Positions 12,631-27,279 are shown, counted from the first letter of the stretch. The stretch: 64,000 bases of DNA from Marsupella aquatica (GCA_973895155.1 OZ316894.1:18948805-19012804), one strand, 5' to 3'. Notes: a model not told the origin generated them from the letters alone. Translations and numbers: made by a program.

Positions 12631-14227
12631 GTCTCTGAAAAGAGCCGCCCAGCAGAAATCCAAACAATAGTGGCGAAGGGCAGGCACTCAGCCGGGCGCA
12701 AGCACTACTCAGGAAGGGACGAATACCGATCTGCAATGGTTGCGAATCAAATGACAAGCCGGACTGCAGAACACTCGACAAATTGTGCAGAGTTGTCACT
12801 AGATAAGTACATTATCGTGGGGCGCAAAGTGAATGCAAGTAGAGGATCCAGAAGGGAAACCCGGAGTTTAGGGCCGAGTTTTGGGAGACATTGATTTTAC
12901 GGGGACGTTGACTTTACGGAAGCGGAGCTTTGGGAGACGTTCATTTTAGAGAGCCATTCTATATTCAAGTAAGTTAGATTACTTTTGGTGACAAGCAGAT
13001 AGACTCTGAATTGATGTGTGTAACTTAACATTTTACAAATGAAGCTCAATTACATTTCAAACTTTATTAAAGTTTGACGAATTGAAAAGCGGATTATGTA
13101 CGTAATTATAAAATCAAAATCAAAGTAGAATCCCTCGGCCCTCCCTCTTTTGCTACATTAAGTGAACCCCCCTGAGAACAAACCCCCCCCCCCCCCCCAT
13201 GTACATCGTTTGATGCATTAAAAATGCCTTGTTATGCATGTAAAAACATTACTTATCCTATCACATTAGATCCTTTTGTAAATTAGTACTAGAAAATTAT
13301 TGTTCTTCCTGTGTTAATTTGTCTAAAACTCTGGTAGCTTATAGACTTCATGAAGGTAAACAAACTAGTACTAAAATGAATTAACAAAGGGAATATTAGG
13401 CTACACTATATCCCTAGAGGAATATTCCATAGTCTACGTTACTTATTTAAACTTCAATATATTGCGCCATTACTCTATCTTCATTTAAGAAGGTGGTATC
13501 AACCAATGACCTATTTTCAAATGGTACAATGGGGGTCCTTAACCCCAAAACAAATTGACATGAGCACATAAGATTGAGGCAACAGGGTATTTCAGGGTCA
13601 CACAATAATTAGTATGTGTGACACTAATCTTGTGACATTTGAGATGGCTGATGTCGTGGCCAGCCCCTATAACCAGCTGGTATGCATTTGGTGAGCTGGA
13701 ATGCCATTAAAAAGCTTGGATGACAATTCTATTTACATAGACCATATTGTAAGAAAGGATGGGTCGGATACAAAATAAATAAAGACCTAGACAGGGCCCA
13801 ACAACAATTTCAATGTCCCAACAATAATAAAAAACATGCACTTTGAACCAAATATGTCAATAAACTCCCGGAGTAAGCTGCCCAAGAAAGAAAACCATAG
13901 ACATGAACTTCAAATTTGAATAGCATAAGCATGAATTCAACATGGTGAGTGACTGCCTTAGAGGGATTAGAGGCAGTGGCCCCGGGCTTACAGGGTCAAC
14001 GATAAGGTTTCCCACCTAGCACATTCGCTCACATGCAACAAGGACGTTTGAATGCTTTCCCGAAGTCATGAATGCCGTGGGCCCCACCTAATTATGCACA
14101 GTATTCAACATAATAATGAACTTCTCCAATCGTCCTTCCGACAATCCCACCGCGCACATCCACCTCCTGAGGAATTCTGAATCGACTTCGTTGCAATATT
14201 TTGTACACAGGAACGGCAGTGTGCACC

Positions 14228-17200
14228 ATGACGCCAGAACCGAAGGAACGATGCACTTGTCAGTACAAATGTTCGCGCTTACAGGATGGGTATGATTTTG
14301 TGAGCCCAAGGAATCAAAGACGACATGCAAACTATGACAAGACAGACAGGGTCATTCCTGCAAAGTTTTTAGTGGACCGTGGGCATCCGGATGGCCATGG
14401 CCTATCGCATCAAGACGGTCATTCTGCCAGCTTCTTAGGTGTTTAAATGTCCCGACAAGAACACAGATATACGGCCCCAACTGTGTTGTACAGGGCACTT
14501 ACAGGAGGAGACAGGAATGATGACGTTGGAAGAAACGATTTGCAGGACCTGGATGTTGATGGGATTGGTCAGACGCTTCCCATGCAGTATGGTATCCACA
14601 TAATGCCTCAAAGAATACTGACCGTGGACGAAGCAATTTATCGATAGACTTGGAGATTACAATCAATGCTTGACGAGGCTAAAATGCCTCAGGCATTGCA
14701 GGATAGCATTTTGAAAATGCTATTCGGGAAGATTCAGATTCCCCCATCTACAAATTTGACACCTTCACCCGACCCTCCATCCGACATGGCAAATGTAGGA
14801 CTGGGCGCACTCCTGAGGCACGCTGGTGTGACGTGGGACGGAGGACGCCATGGAATTGATGCATTGTCATCATTCAAGGGTTTGTGTGGCACGTTTAAGG
14901 CATATGGTATGCCAAAAACGCAGCGATGGAGAATGTGTATTGGACAAAAGCCAAATTGGCATGCTCCCGTAGTCCTACCGCCATCGCACCAAGATGACTA
15001 CAATGTCCGAACTGGATTGAAGTGCAGTTGTTCAATCGCAGGGACAAAGTGGCATGTAGCCAGGGATTGTTTGCGTTGTTCGGAACGTTGCCCATTGGAT
15101 GGTTGCGGCACGGCTCGCAAGGAGATGCTCCGGTTTGAATATTTCCCCATTGGTCCCATGTTGCGGAAGTTATGTAGCAGTCGATCTGTTTGTCATGAGT
15201 TCCAGGCAATGTGGAGGGACAAAGATAAGTGGTTTAAGAAGGATTCCATGCCCAGACCTGTGTACAAGGAATGGTGGGACGGCTACCGTGCTTCCGAGCT
15301 TCCTACTTTTGGGACACTGGCACACAGTTTGAGATTCCTGTGTTATGCCGAAACTGTTATGCTTGCTATTCAACAACACCAAATAAATGTCCTGAGTTGT
15401 TGGATACTGCCAACTGGGATAATGTCAGCAAACAATACGACTTCCAATGCTCAGATTGCGGATCTCAAGTCACGGCCCCGAAACAATTTGCAAAGGTTAG
15501 TGATTTATGGGTTTTGATAGAGTAACTTTTGTCTAACTAGTGTGACCCACCGCATGCAGGGTGATCCCCGAAATATTGCACTCATGGCACACTGGGATGG
15601 ATTTCAGTCTGCCAAGACTGCCCACAAAAGCACCTGGACTGTAGAGGTCCAAGTTTTAAGCGTCGGGTCTCAAACCAAAATTCCACCTATCCCTGTTCTT
15701 TTTATCCCGCCATGTGATGACGACGACGTAGGAAAAAAAAAGCTGAAATGCTTGGATGCTTTCTTAGAACCATTCATAAGAGAACTGGAGGAGTTGTTTG
15801 TGGATGGGATAGAGGTGGATTACAATTACCCTGTGGAATTATTGGCTGAAGAGGATAATGTACCGAATGACTCCAGGTGTGTGCTACGAGCACTGTTAGC
15901 AGTTTTCACTGGAGATCATCCCGCACAATGTAAATTTGGGGGCTGGAATGTTACAGGTTATTCCGCTTGTAGGAATGTAAAATGAGTGCTCATTTTTTGA
16001 TCATCCTCGAAAGGAGACTGACCAATCACAACCCCGAGATTTTCTGGGAAGGGCTGTGTATGACAACAATAGGATGCAGATGAGATATCCACCACCTACA
16101 CAGAAAATTGAAGAGGTGAGGGAGGCGGCCAAGAACATGACCAGGGCAGGAACAACTACAGAGAGGATGAAGATAAGCAGGGAGTGCGGGATTTCAAACA
16201 TGACCAGGGCTTGGCGACTACATGAGCTTACTGGATTTTGTTTGAGCAAGGATCTGGTGTATGATACAATGCATATCCTTGCCTTGTGCCTTTTCAAGAA
16301 ATACTGCGAGCTTCTAGTTTCGAGTGTTCCCCGTCAACATCAAAAACAGTTTGAAGATGCTCTGGAGGAGGTTACTGCTAGGAAACCGAGAGGTTTTGAT
16401 GGAAGGTGGCCTAAACAACCTTTTGAAAGATTGGGATACTTCAAGGCTGAAGAGTTCACGCGATTCATATTGTATTGTCTGCCTCATATCCTCCAACAGA
16501 TGGACATTAGTGTCCACTCTGACCTTGGGACGCTTGGGATTCTTTTGGTAGAGATTGTACGCCTCTTTTATATCAGAAGTAGACAAGAGGGTTGGACTAC
16601 AGCCACATTGAAAAAAGGCAGGTCTCTACTGGCTTCTTGGAGAGTTCGCTCAGAAGAGGCTTGGGGCCCAAATGGAGCAATTCTAAATCATGTTGCTGGT
16701 GAGTCATTTTGTTTACACTTGCTACATGACCATGATGACAGTGGGTATTCATTGTTGGTCGATCCATCATTGCACTGAGGTGATGTTCTAATCCCAATGT
16801 GTTTTGATCCCAATTTTTAGGGAGCGGAGAGATGTTTGATGGGATAGAACGACATGGCCCACACTATGTTTATTGGTGCTACCACTTCGAGAGGATGGTA
16901 TCAGACTATGGACGCACCAGAACAAATCAGAAGGACCAGGAAGTCACTTATTCTCTTCATTTTGCACGACGCTTTTTCACAAAAATATCATCGTATATTT
17001 GGGAAGATGACGATGGACTTTTCCCTCATCAGAGGGCTTTGAAGAAAGTTCATGCATCCCTGCGTATCCCTGTGGAGCATCGTAAGGAGCACAGGTGCAG
17101 AGTGACTGTACCACCATCTGAATGCCCACACTGGCACGGGAATTCGGTGCCAATAGTTTCAAGTCAAATTCTAGCGATGGAATTGTGGGATAGTATGATA

Positions 17201-18124
17201 TCCTCTGTGGAGTCATATGGTTGCAAGCACATGTTGTTGAGTAAAGGGGTTGGCATAGGCTCAAACAAGAAGCTGACAAAGAAACTGGGGCTGTCCGCCA
17301 GGATGTCATTGAAGCAGCATTGGACAGATGTTGGAGTATTCAACATCAGTGAGGACCACAAAATTAGTGAATCTTGCACTCCATTGTGATCAGCTGTGTG
17401 GAGAGCTGAAGTGTACAGGCCTGGCGATCACGTTGTTGTACTAGTAGATGGGAGTACAGATGCTTCACATCCTCAAAACTGGAAAGCAGTACTCCAAAAG
17501 ATTTTCATGCACGAATTCGATGGCCACATGGACATATTCTTTGAGGCGGATTGGTATAAACAATAGTATACACAGAATCCTCGGCAAAATTTACTGTCTT
17601 GGGAACGAGATGAGTATTCCCTGTTTACTCTTTTGGAACCAAAAGTATATCACGCACATGGCAACAACTGTAGGCCTATGTCAAGAATTCTACACAAGTT
17701 CTTCCCAATTCGAAGAGGCGGGAGGGAGGTTGTAGCCTTGGAGATTGGAGATACTTTAGTACGGGAACTCCCTACCACAATTGCAAACTGCCCTCCTTTC
17801 CCAGAGGTAGGGGACATAATGACTGCAATAGCGGACTCACTTTCCATCCCTGACCTGTGTGTTGTAAGGGAAGTCCTCCTTCCCAGGCGCGATGCGGCAA
17901 TGGAAATGCAAGCGGGGGATGTAGGAGTGGACGGTGCTTCTGACGGGGAGGAGGAGGAGGAGGAGGGAGGGGATGACATGGCAGAATCACACAATGCAAA
18001 TGATACTGAGAAGGACCTCGGGAAGGTTGGTGTGAGCTGGTTGTCTGTCAGGGTTCTCGATCAAGTTGCCCAATCTACAAGGCAGCGTCACAAATTGATG
18101 AACACATCACCTTTCAAAGATTAG
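14228..18124 (+). pseudogene. EnSpm/CACTA Tnp2 (TNPD-like) transposase, spliced and disrupted
   Basis: Motifs HWDGFQ, GDHPAQCK, DLVYDTMH, FKAEEF and HGP..YWCYHFER. Introns about 15496-15559 and 16699-16820. In-frame stops at 14444 and 14645; frameshifts near 15295 and 15975. 3' end uncertain. Confidence 0.8.
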
Positions 18125-21100
18125 TTGCGTTGAGGCTTGATTTTCGTGCAATTGGACTTCACCATGGTATCCCTGTACGGTGGAATACCGTATAGTAATA
18201 CCATGGAAAGTCCCAAGTACGACAAAAAGAAAGATACTATGGGATATGACAACACTTGAGAGGCTCCGTTTTGTCAATAACTGAATACTGACCAGGATGC
18301 AGACCGTAGGATGTGTGAGATGCAGGTCAGACGTGAGCCTGTGATGGTGACACTATGGTGCTTCGCACGGGGTATGATCGGGGACGGCACGGGTCACAAA
18401 TATCATTGGATTCTGGGTCGGACGTGACATAATGGATGGGTATTACCAGGTTACTTGGGAACGTGATAAAATGTACGTTGGGGGAGTGAAAGGGCGTGCC
18501 ACCGATCGGAGACAGAATCTTTGTTGTGAGATCTACTACTGAAACTACAGTGACTAAATGATGCATGCCACTACGCACATGAACGCCCTATGAGGAATTC
18601 CTTATAAGCTTTGGGCAATGGTGCGAGCTCCTGAGCTCCACTCTTTGATTGTGTAGGTTTCGTAAATCTTTGTGGCTGACAAGTCTGCCATTGGATAACA
18701 CTTGGGGTGTTAGCAACGGAAGCAAGTATCGACGAGCGTGGGGTGACGTTGGAGGGTTGGTGAAAGTATGGTTCGTCGACATGATCGTCCAGCGCCGGTC
18801 GCATTGTTGATGCAGAGCGATGAGGATATCACAGATCGTATGTACCCCTCTTTCACTCAACTCCTTTGGTTCTTAATTCCGCATGAAGTATATTGATCGA
18901 TTGTTAGAATGGCGCAACTAAGGCCTGCTTTGTTTGTATAGTCGTGACGGAGACAATTTGGAAGTCATGCTCGGGGAGGGTAATACGGCATTATCTAGGG
19001 ATGGCCCCTGCAGACCATAATTTAGCTAGAAAAGCTGGTTTGGTTCCATGTTTTGAACTCGACTGGCCCAGAGTTGCAATTCCTGCTGTAAAGGAGTTCG
19101 CAGTAGGGTATGATCAAGGTTAAAACTGTGTGTCATTCCGGGGTGCAACTCACACATTCAACAGAGAGGTATTGCTAGCTGCATTTGCTTTTCCGTCTGG
19201 AGAATGGGCCCGATTTAAACCTGGGTTGGTCCAAGGTCAACTAAATTCCATGTTTTTTGCCAAGACGAAAGGCAACCCATACAGTCTAGACAAAATCACT
19301 GCGCCATATATGCAGTGGTGTGGGATAATCAGGGCAATTTCTGAATTGCTCTCAGGCAAGAGCAAAACCACTCAAGTCACCTCAAAACACATGTGGGTAT
19401 ACTGGGCGTATTGGTGGGATACGATTAGGGTACGTGATTGTTTTAGAGGAGCTGAAACTCCCATGGTGAAGCCCGATTGGGCACATTTGGTGTACGATAA
19501 TCTGACGAGTGAGATCCTCAGGTTAAAGTCACACCTATCAAAGAATGGTGTCGTAGACAAACGACTTCCTTGCTACTATGGCACTGCTATAACACAGATT
19601 CTTGTACACTACGGGTATTCGCTGGAGGAGCTTATGGTTGAACAACACGAAGATGATCATGAGGAGGACGACAAGGAGGAAGGGGAAAATGGCTCACAAG
19701 AGGACGAGGAAGGGGAGGCTGGCTCAGAAGAGGACAAGGACGGGGACAGTGGCTCACAGGAGGATGAGGAAGGGGATGACGGATCACGAGAGGACGAGGA
19801 AGGAGAAGATGGCTCACGAGAGGACGAGGAAGGGGATGGTGCGTCTGACGGTGAGGGGCAGCCATCGGAGGTTGCACCCCAATTCTCCAGGGATGAACAG
19901 AAATGTCCTCAGGGTGAGCACAAATCGCCGCCCTCTGTGTCGGAGTGCATGCGTGTTCTATCACAGCACATACGTGTGCTAGAGGTTGATCTTGCAGAAA
20001 AATCGGACATGCTACGAGAAGCAGTGGAGAATCATAAAAAATTGGTCCTCAATTTGATGAAAGAAAACAACAGACAGAGAGTCTGCATATTAGAATTGGA
20101 AAGGCAGGTTGGGTTGCATTTAGAACAAGTTGGTAGTGAGACATTGAGTGGAGAAGGTGAGAGCGGAGGTGACAAGAGATGTTGTGAGGTTCTGGTAGGT
20201 CTTGGTGCCAGGGTACATGCAGGTTATGATGCAGAGGCATCACAACGTAGCCCAATTTCAGAGTTACCGCCAGTTTCTGGTGTTCCACCTATAGTAGAGG
20301 TACCAGCAGCAGCACCAGCAGAAGCAGGTACTTTCCCAATTTATTATCCTGGTGTTCCAGCTATAGTAGAGGTACCAGTAGCAGCACCAGTAGAAGCAGG
20401 TACTTTCCCAATATTTATCCTACTTCAAAGATACAGCGAGAGGAGTCTATGTCGAGTGGAGGTGACTCACCAGTTTTGGTAGAGTTATAGGCAGCCGCAC
20501 CACCAGTACTGGCAGAGGTACCGGCATCAGAAGAAGAGATGTCACTTTTAGAAGGAGAGGCACCAAATGCTGCACCAACATCAAAAGTAGAGGTCTCAGC
20601 TACAGAGGAGGACAAATTGTCGGGTGCAATTGCATCAGAAGTACCAGGGTCACCTCCGATTTCTGTTCTATTTCATGTTCCAACTAAGAGTCCGGGATGG
20701 GAGGCTAGGACGAGTCACATTTCACGACAACCAAATTTGCCTCGTGCTTCAAAGAGAGGGCGAGAGGACTCTATTCCGAGTGGCAGTCACTCACCAGCGA
20801 AGAGGAGGGCTATCGAAGTGGAGGAAGAGGAAGAGGTAGAGGAAGAAGAAGAAGAAGATGAAGTGGAGGATGACGAGCATTCAGAACAAGACATTCACTA
20901 GGAAGAGTGTGCCACAGAGAGTGGAAAGGTTAGCGATTTTTTTTCCTTTGTTGTGTGATTACTGTTTTTTCAGAAACAATGTTCAAGCATATCTAACTTG
21001 GCTGTGAGCGGGATCCGCAGATTGATATCCAAGGGTCTCACTTGACAGAGGAGGCATGCCCTCCACTTGGTACAATGACTACAGCTCTATATCCACACCA

Positions 21101-22321
21101 ACGGATTGGTCTTGCATGGATGTTGGAACGCGAATCCGGAAAAAGCTCTCCAATTGGTGGGATGTTGGCGGATGACCAGGTACAAAAGCCCCCAAATTAA
21201 GCCAAAGTCGCACTCATTATTTTCATTCAGCAGGATACTTTGGGGGTATTTTTGGAGTATGTTAGGGGTACGCGGGCACCTTGTCTGCAAGTGAGTGGGT
21301 CCCTGACCGTTTTCTTGGCTTGGATTTTTTTAGGGAATGGGGAAAACCATGCATGTCATAGCGCTATTTCTCGCGAATCGCCCTCATAAGTGTGGGCCAA
21401 CTCTAGTTGTTTGTCCAGCCAGCATGGTGATTCAATGGGGCCAAGAAATAGCTGCAAGGACCTCCAAGATAGCAAAAGTGAAGGTCCTCCTCTACCACAA
21501 CAAGAGGAATAAAGACATCAACTTTATTTCAAGCCATGACGTGGTTGTCACTACGTACTCAATCATGACAGGGGAGTCTCCCATTGCTCCAAAGACGTCT
21601 AGCGTGCCAAAAGGGAGTATGAAGAGACCTGTAAAAAAACCTAGACTTGCAGGTCCACTATTTAAGATTAATTGGCTTAGAGTAGTCCTGGATGAGTGTC
21701 ATGTCATGAAAATAAAACTAGTCAAAATTTCAAGGCCTCGCGTTGTCTCAAGGCAGAGAGGAGGTGGTGCCTAAGCGGTACACCCATACAGAACGAGGCT
21801 TCTGATCTGTTTCCTTACTTCAGTTTTCTGAGGTATTATCCTCTAGGAGAGTGGAAGGAATTCTCGCAGTTAAAGAAGCTGTTGAAGACAAGGCCAAAGA
21901 TAGCAAATGGCATCCTCTCGAAACACTTGGTTGCAATTGCGCTCAGGAGAGACAAAAGTAAGCGTGCATGCATCATGGTAGAGTTCACTTTGTTTAATCC
22001 CAAGCCTTATGTCTTTATCAATTGTGCATTTACCCTGCCACTGTGCTTACATGCAGGCATACTCCCAATGCCCCCTAAGACGATCGAGGAGCAAATTGTT
22101 GAATGGAGAACACAGCAAGAATGAAACGCTTATTTTGATCAGGAGGAAAAGAGTAAGGAGTTATACAAGGTACGTAAGGCTCTTAATAATCCCCAATGTT
22201 GAAGACGTATGAGAGTTCAATTTGATCCTTTGAAGGTGTTTGTTCGGTGGCAATTAATGTGCCTGTAATGTTGTAGGAATTCCGTGACGCCGAAAGAGGT
22301 GCCTTATCGAATGTGTTGAGC

Positions 22322-22681
22322 TGTCATGCCGAGGGACAGTGCCTCTTGTGCACATCGGCATGTCCCTCGCATGCCCGCTAGGTATGTAGTTAGGGCTAGT
22401 GTACTACTTGAGTTAGTGTCATGTTCTTGTAGCGAGTCTGGGCTGTTCTTGAAGCAAAAGGGGTTTGTTAGTGTGACGCCTGGACCCGGTCCTACTTAGG
22501 GCATGTTTTTCTTTGCCGTTCTTCAGTTCTTCTTGAATCACTGTTGACAGAGCTCAGACAGTGCTCGTCGGTTCCGTACACGGGATTCACACAGTGATTC
22601 GTTAGATGCTCCCGGCCAATCTTGGCATCCCGCCGGTTTTCGATTCGATTTCAGTATGATTGTTTCTCTTACGCCTTTTAT
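22322..22681 (+). repeat. Terminal repeat A1 (360 bp)
   Basis: Matches 31768-32127 with about 6 substitutions (counted by eye). Confidence 0.95.
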
Positions 22682-22694
22682 TCAAGAAGAACTG
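22680..22694 (+). promoter_or_regulatory. Putative self-priming primer-binding site
   Basis: ATTCAAGAAGAACTG is the exact 15-nt reverse complement of CAGTTCTTCTTGAAT at 22524-22538 inside A1; no TGG tRNA-type PBS at this position. Confidence 0.65.
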
Positions 22695-25600
22695 CCAAGT
22701 TGGCGGTGAGGGGAAGAAGATCGAAGACATTGTGCTTCTCGATTGCTCGTATCGGTACATACAATTTCCGTCAAAGCTGGTGCAATTTCTTTGAGCAGCA
22801 TTGGAATGGCGGGTTAAAAGTTATGGGTTTGATGTAATGTTATGTGTACACTTAAGTATACACATAACGCCCCTGTTTGGGCCCGTGCTTTTGTTCCCGG
22901 CTTTTTGTTCCCGGCCGTCGCGCGACCTCCTTACAACTTCCGCGGGCCGACTGCCTCCTTCAGACTACTAGTCTGCTACCGACTGCCGCGACCTGCATAG
23001 GGCCGCGCGCCTGTTTTTCTCCCCATTTTCCGCTGCGCCGTGGCCTCGCCTTGGCATTTCTCCCTTTCCCGACCATTTTTGCTTCATCTCGCCTCACTCT
23101 TTTGCCTCACCGTTTTCCGATGCCGCTGCCAGTTTCTTGCCATTGCCATTAAAGCAGGGGAGGGGAGTTCAATTCAAACTCCCTCACTCGGGAGTAGATT
23201 TTTGCCCCAGACCAAGGCTGCAAGGCAGGAGCGCAAGGAGAGGGCCCGGGGCCCTATGCTGCATTAAAAGGAGGAGAGGGAGTACATTCGACTCCCTCCT
23301 CTTGGGAGTCACACTTCTGCCAGGCACAAGGCCCCATTCAGCATAAAGAGGGGGAGGAGTTGAAGCGAGACTGCAAGAGGAGAGGGCACGAGGCCCTATG
23401 AAGCATTAAAGGGGGAGGGGAGGGGAGTACATACGACTCCTTCCCTCAGGAGTCCATCTACCAGGGCACGAGGCCCACAGAAGCCTTTAAGGAGGGGAGA
23501 GGGAGCCGTAGCTTCCCTTCGAGAGCTCATAAAGAGGGGGTGGCGCAAAGCCCTATGCAGGGCTCGAGCACTTAAGGCCTGTTTTGCTTTTCCCTCGCCT
23601 TGAGTCCCATTTACTGCTTTCTGACTTGCCTGGCTCTTTGCGATCTGCATAGCGAAACGACCTGCACCGACCCATTTTTCCATTTTCCGACCCCAGATGC
23701 CGCGACCTGCAACCCGTGGGTTGTAGCCGGCAAGGCGTCGACCTGCCTCAAATGCCGTGCAAGAACCGCCTTCCGACTGCATAGGGCATCGTGCCTGAGT
23801 GTGTATACACACTCGCTCGGTTGCCGGTCCCCACCTGATTTTCCTTTTCCGTCGATGTGCGCCTTCTGCCAGTTCCCGGGTCCACATCGGGCCCAATGCA
23901 TATAATTATGGGGGGTCCCAATGTATACACTTAAGGGGGACCCTATTCACGTTTTCAAGGGCCCATTCTTCCTTTATTTCTTTGATGCCGCCACATGTCA
24001 TCTGCATAGACTTTGACAATTTCTCAGCGCTTACACATTCTACACATTGCTGCCTTGCACCGTTTGTTTCCTTTGTGGGTTTTATTTCTTAGCCTTGGGG
24101 CTGCCACTCCTTTTTCTTGTCAATTTCTTTCCAATTGGCACCCCGGGTGAGCATGCAGCATGTCAGCCGATGAGCCAGGAGGTAGCAGCTCATCACCACC
24201 AACACCCCGGTACCACTTTCGGAGTGATCCACGACCCTTGGTGCCAATTTCATTGGAGTCTCGGCAATTTTGACGACGTCCGCAGACAACAGCAGCACCC
24301 ACACCACGGAATCCTTTTGCTTAATTTGGCGGTCGCTTCACCACTACCCCAAAGCCTACTATCACTTCCTTGCCATTTACCCCTTCTGCATCAGTGGTTG
24401 TTCCAGCTTCACCGACATACAACATGGATGCTAGCCACTCATCTGGCCGCATTGAGCGCTTCAGCGGGCGGCCAGACACTGTCTCTTTACGTGAGTTCAA
24501 ATCCACTTTCTACACTGTCATTTACGAATTGGAGTTGAAGTATGGCAGCAATTTCACAAATGCTTTTGCATTTAAGCAGCTAGCCAGGTATGTGCACCAT
24601 GAGGCTTTGGATGTGTATGAGCAGCACTCTCAACGGCTGCTTGCTGTCACACAGTTGCCTAACCCTACCTATGCCAGTGCAATTGCGGCAGCCTCACAAT
24701 TGGCCTTACAAAATGCCATTGCAGCCCATGCTGCTGCTCCTGCCACTTCCCCTCCTACTCCAGTTCCCACCACTGCGCCAGTTACTCCCACTGTCTTGGC
24801 ATAGGCTACATCAAGCATTTCTCCCACCATTGATTCCCCTGCCTTTGCTGATCCAGTGGCTAAGTTTTTCCAGGTTCTTGAATTGGAATTCCCAATCAAG
24901 AGTGCAGATAAAATCATGCAGTTGGCCACCTTTGTGAGGCAACATGATGAAACATTGAAGATGATGTATCGCCGGCTTCTCAAGCTGAAGGAGGACACCC
25001 AGAGCATCACTGACCTGGAAGTTGCTCATCGCTATCTTCGCGCATTGGAGGGCACACCAGCTCTCCATTCGCAAGTGTTGCAGCAAGTATTCTCAGAGTT
25101 TGGAGACAGCTACACCTTGCTCAATGTCTATGACACTGCTGAGAAACTTGAGTTGGCCCATGCACATTATGAGGCCAGTATTGCGCGTCCACCGTGATCC
25201 AAGTACCAGGCTGCTGCCCCTACACTGGCCACTCCTTCCCGTGTGCCACAGTATGGTTCCAAGACCAAGCCAGCACATGCTGCTTTCATGCTGCCCTCTT
25301 GCAACTACTGTGGTAACCCTAATCACAAGGCTAATGAATGTGATATTGTTGCTGAGGACCTGTCTTGTGATTTTTGCGGGAAAGTGGGCAATTTGGAGGC
25401 AGTTTGTTTTGCCAAATTCCCTGAGAGGAAGCAGCTATGACAGCAGACTACTCATCCTGCTCCTGTTTCCACTCCCCCACCAGCTAGGAGCTCGGCTCCT
25501 ACTGCATCAGTTGCTCCTCCTTCCAGTGGCAAAGCATCCAGTGCTAACAAATTGCCCAAGCAGCAACAGAAGCAACCAGCTCAAAAGGAGGCTCACAACG

Positions 25601-27279
25601 CGGCATAGGCAACTCAACTCCAGTCTCTGACTCATGAGGTTGAGTCATTACGTGCTCAACTTGCCAACATCAAAGGCAAGTCCACTCCCTCTGTTGGTCC
25701 TTCTCAACCGGCTGGTCACATGCAACCCATCCCTGGCCCAGGCCCCACTGACAGTTCAGCACCCATACCCCGCTCTTTCTATGGCTTGCCATTTGATGCT
25801 CATATGGGTGAGTGTGTGCTGTCCTCTGCTACACAGCCTGGCCTTACAGCAGAATTTTCAGATTCATTCTACCCTTCCTATTTTGCTTACCAGCAGGCCA
25901 GTGCTGCCTCCCGTATTGCTCCCACACGCCGCATTGTACAGGCTGATGGTCTTGCTGCTGGTCCTATGACTAGAGCCAGGGGAGCTCGGGCTGTCATGCC
26001 CCAATCTTTTCAGCCACTCACACTTGCTGAAGAGCGCACCTTGTTGGCGAGGGGGGAGGGAGCTGCAGCTACATCCATTCCACCACCAGGTGCTGCTGAC
26101 ATTTCACAGGGAATTGTTTTTCCTGAGCTACTTGAGCATTTCACCTCCGGTATGGCACAAAGGATTCTTACCACTCCACTTTTCAGTTGCCATGATTTAC
26201 AGCTGGATGCTAGAGCTGTCATCAGAGTGCTAGAGGGCTCACTGCATTCTTCATCAGCCCCTGTGACACCGGTTTTGGAGGTCCAATCTCATGTAAATAC
26301 TGGACCTTCTTCTTCTCCATTGCATGTTTCCACTGGTTTGGCTATCCCAGTACCGATTTCCAGTGGTAGAGATGACAGTATTGCTGCAGATTGTGTGACC
26401 AGAGCTACACTTGATTCTGGTCATCCTGCTCCATCTTTCCTGGCTATGCTGTTGAGTGGGAAGACCGTGGACACTAACTCCCTTCACAAGGTACCTCATC
26501 ATTTGCCAAAAGTGGTGCCTAGTGACAGGACTTTAGTTTCCACCACCATTGCCATTGTTGACAACAGGAATTCAGCAGTCAAGTTGGAGGGTCACACTCC
26601 TCAGGTGGTCATGCTAGACACAGGCGCTCAACCAGTGATCTTGGGCATTCAGTTTGCCAAGAAGATGGGACTGTTGACTGATCATTTACAGCAATCCAGG
26701 TGGCACATTTGGACTGCTAGGGGCACTGTGGAGGATGTGCTGGGTGAGAGTTCTACTTTACTCACTCTCACTTTTAATGGACGTACAGATCAGGAACTGC
26801 ATTTCCCAGTCAGATGTTTGGTTACCAATGCCACTACGTATGATGTGCTCATTGGCCAGGAGGCTTTGTTCCCACCAGGTTTTACCATTGACAACTGGCA
26901 TGAGCATGCATACTACAGAGTTGATTGGCATACGGATGGCTCACACTTGGGCTACATTCCACTTGATTTGCATGGTGCCCATACACCTATGGCTCACCAC
27001 TGTGTGTTGAAAGCAGTGCACACAGCTACCTATGTCAACCACCCATTGCAGGATTGGATTGAGGAGGATGATGATGAGGTGGCTACTGCACATGTTGCTA
27101 CACATATAGCAGCACTTTCTAGCAACGTGGATCATCAACCAGAGGTGGTACAACAGCTCCAAGCAGCCCATGGACCTTTGGTGGCTGCATTACGCAAATT
27201 TGAGGACCTTGGGCAGCACAATGGACAACCAATAGCCCCAATCTTGAGCGCACCAGTTACATGGACTCCTCCTCCGGAT

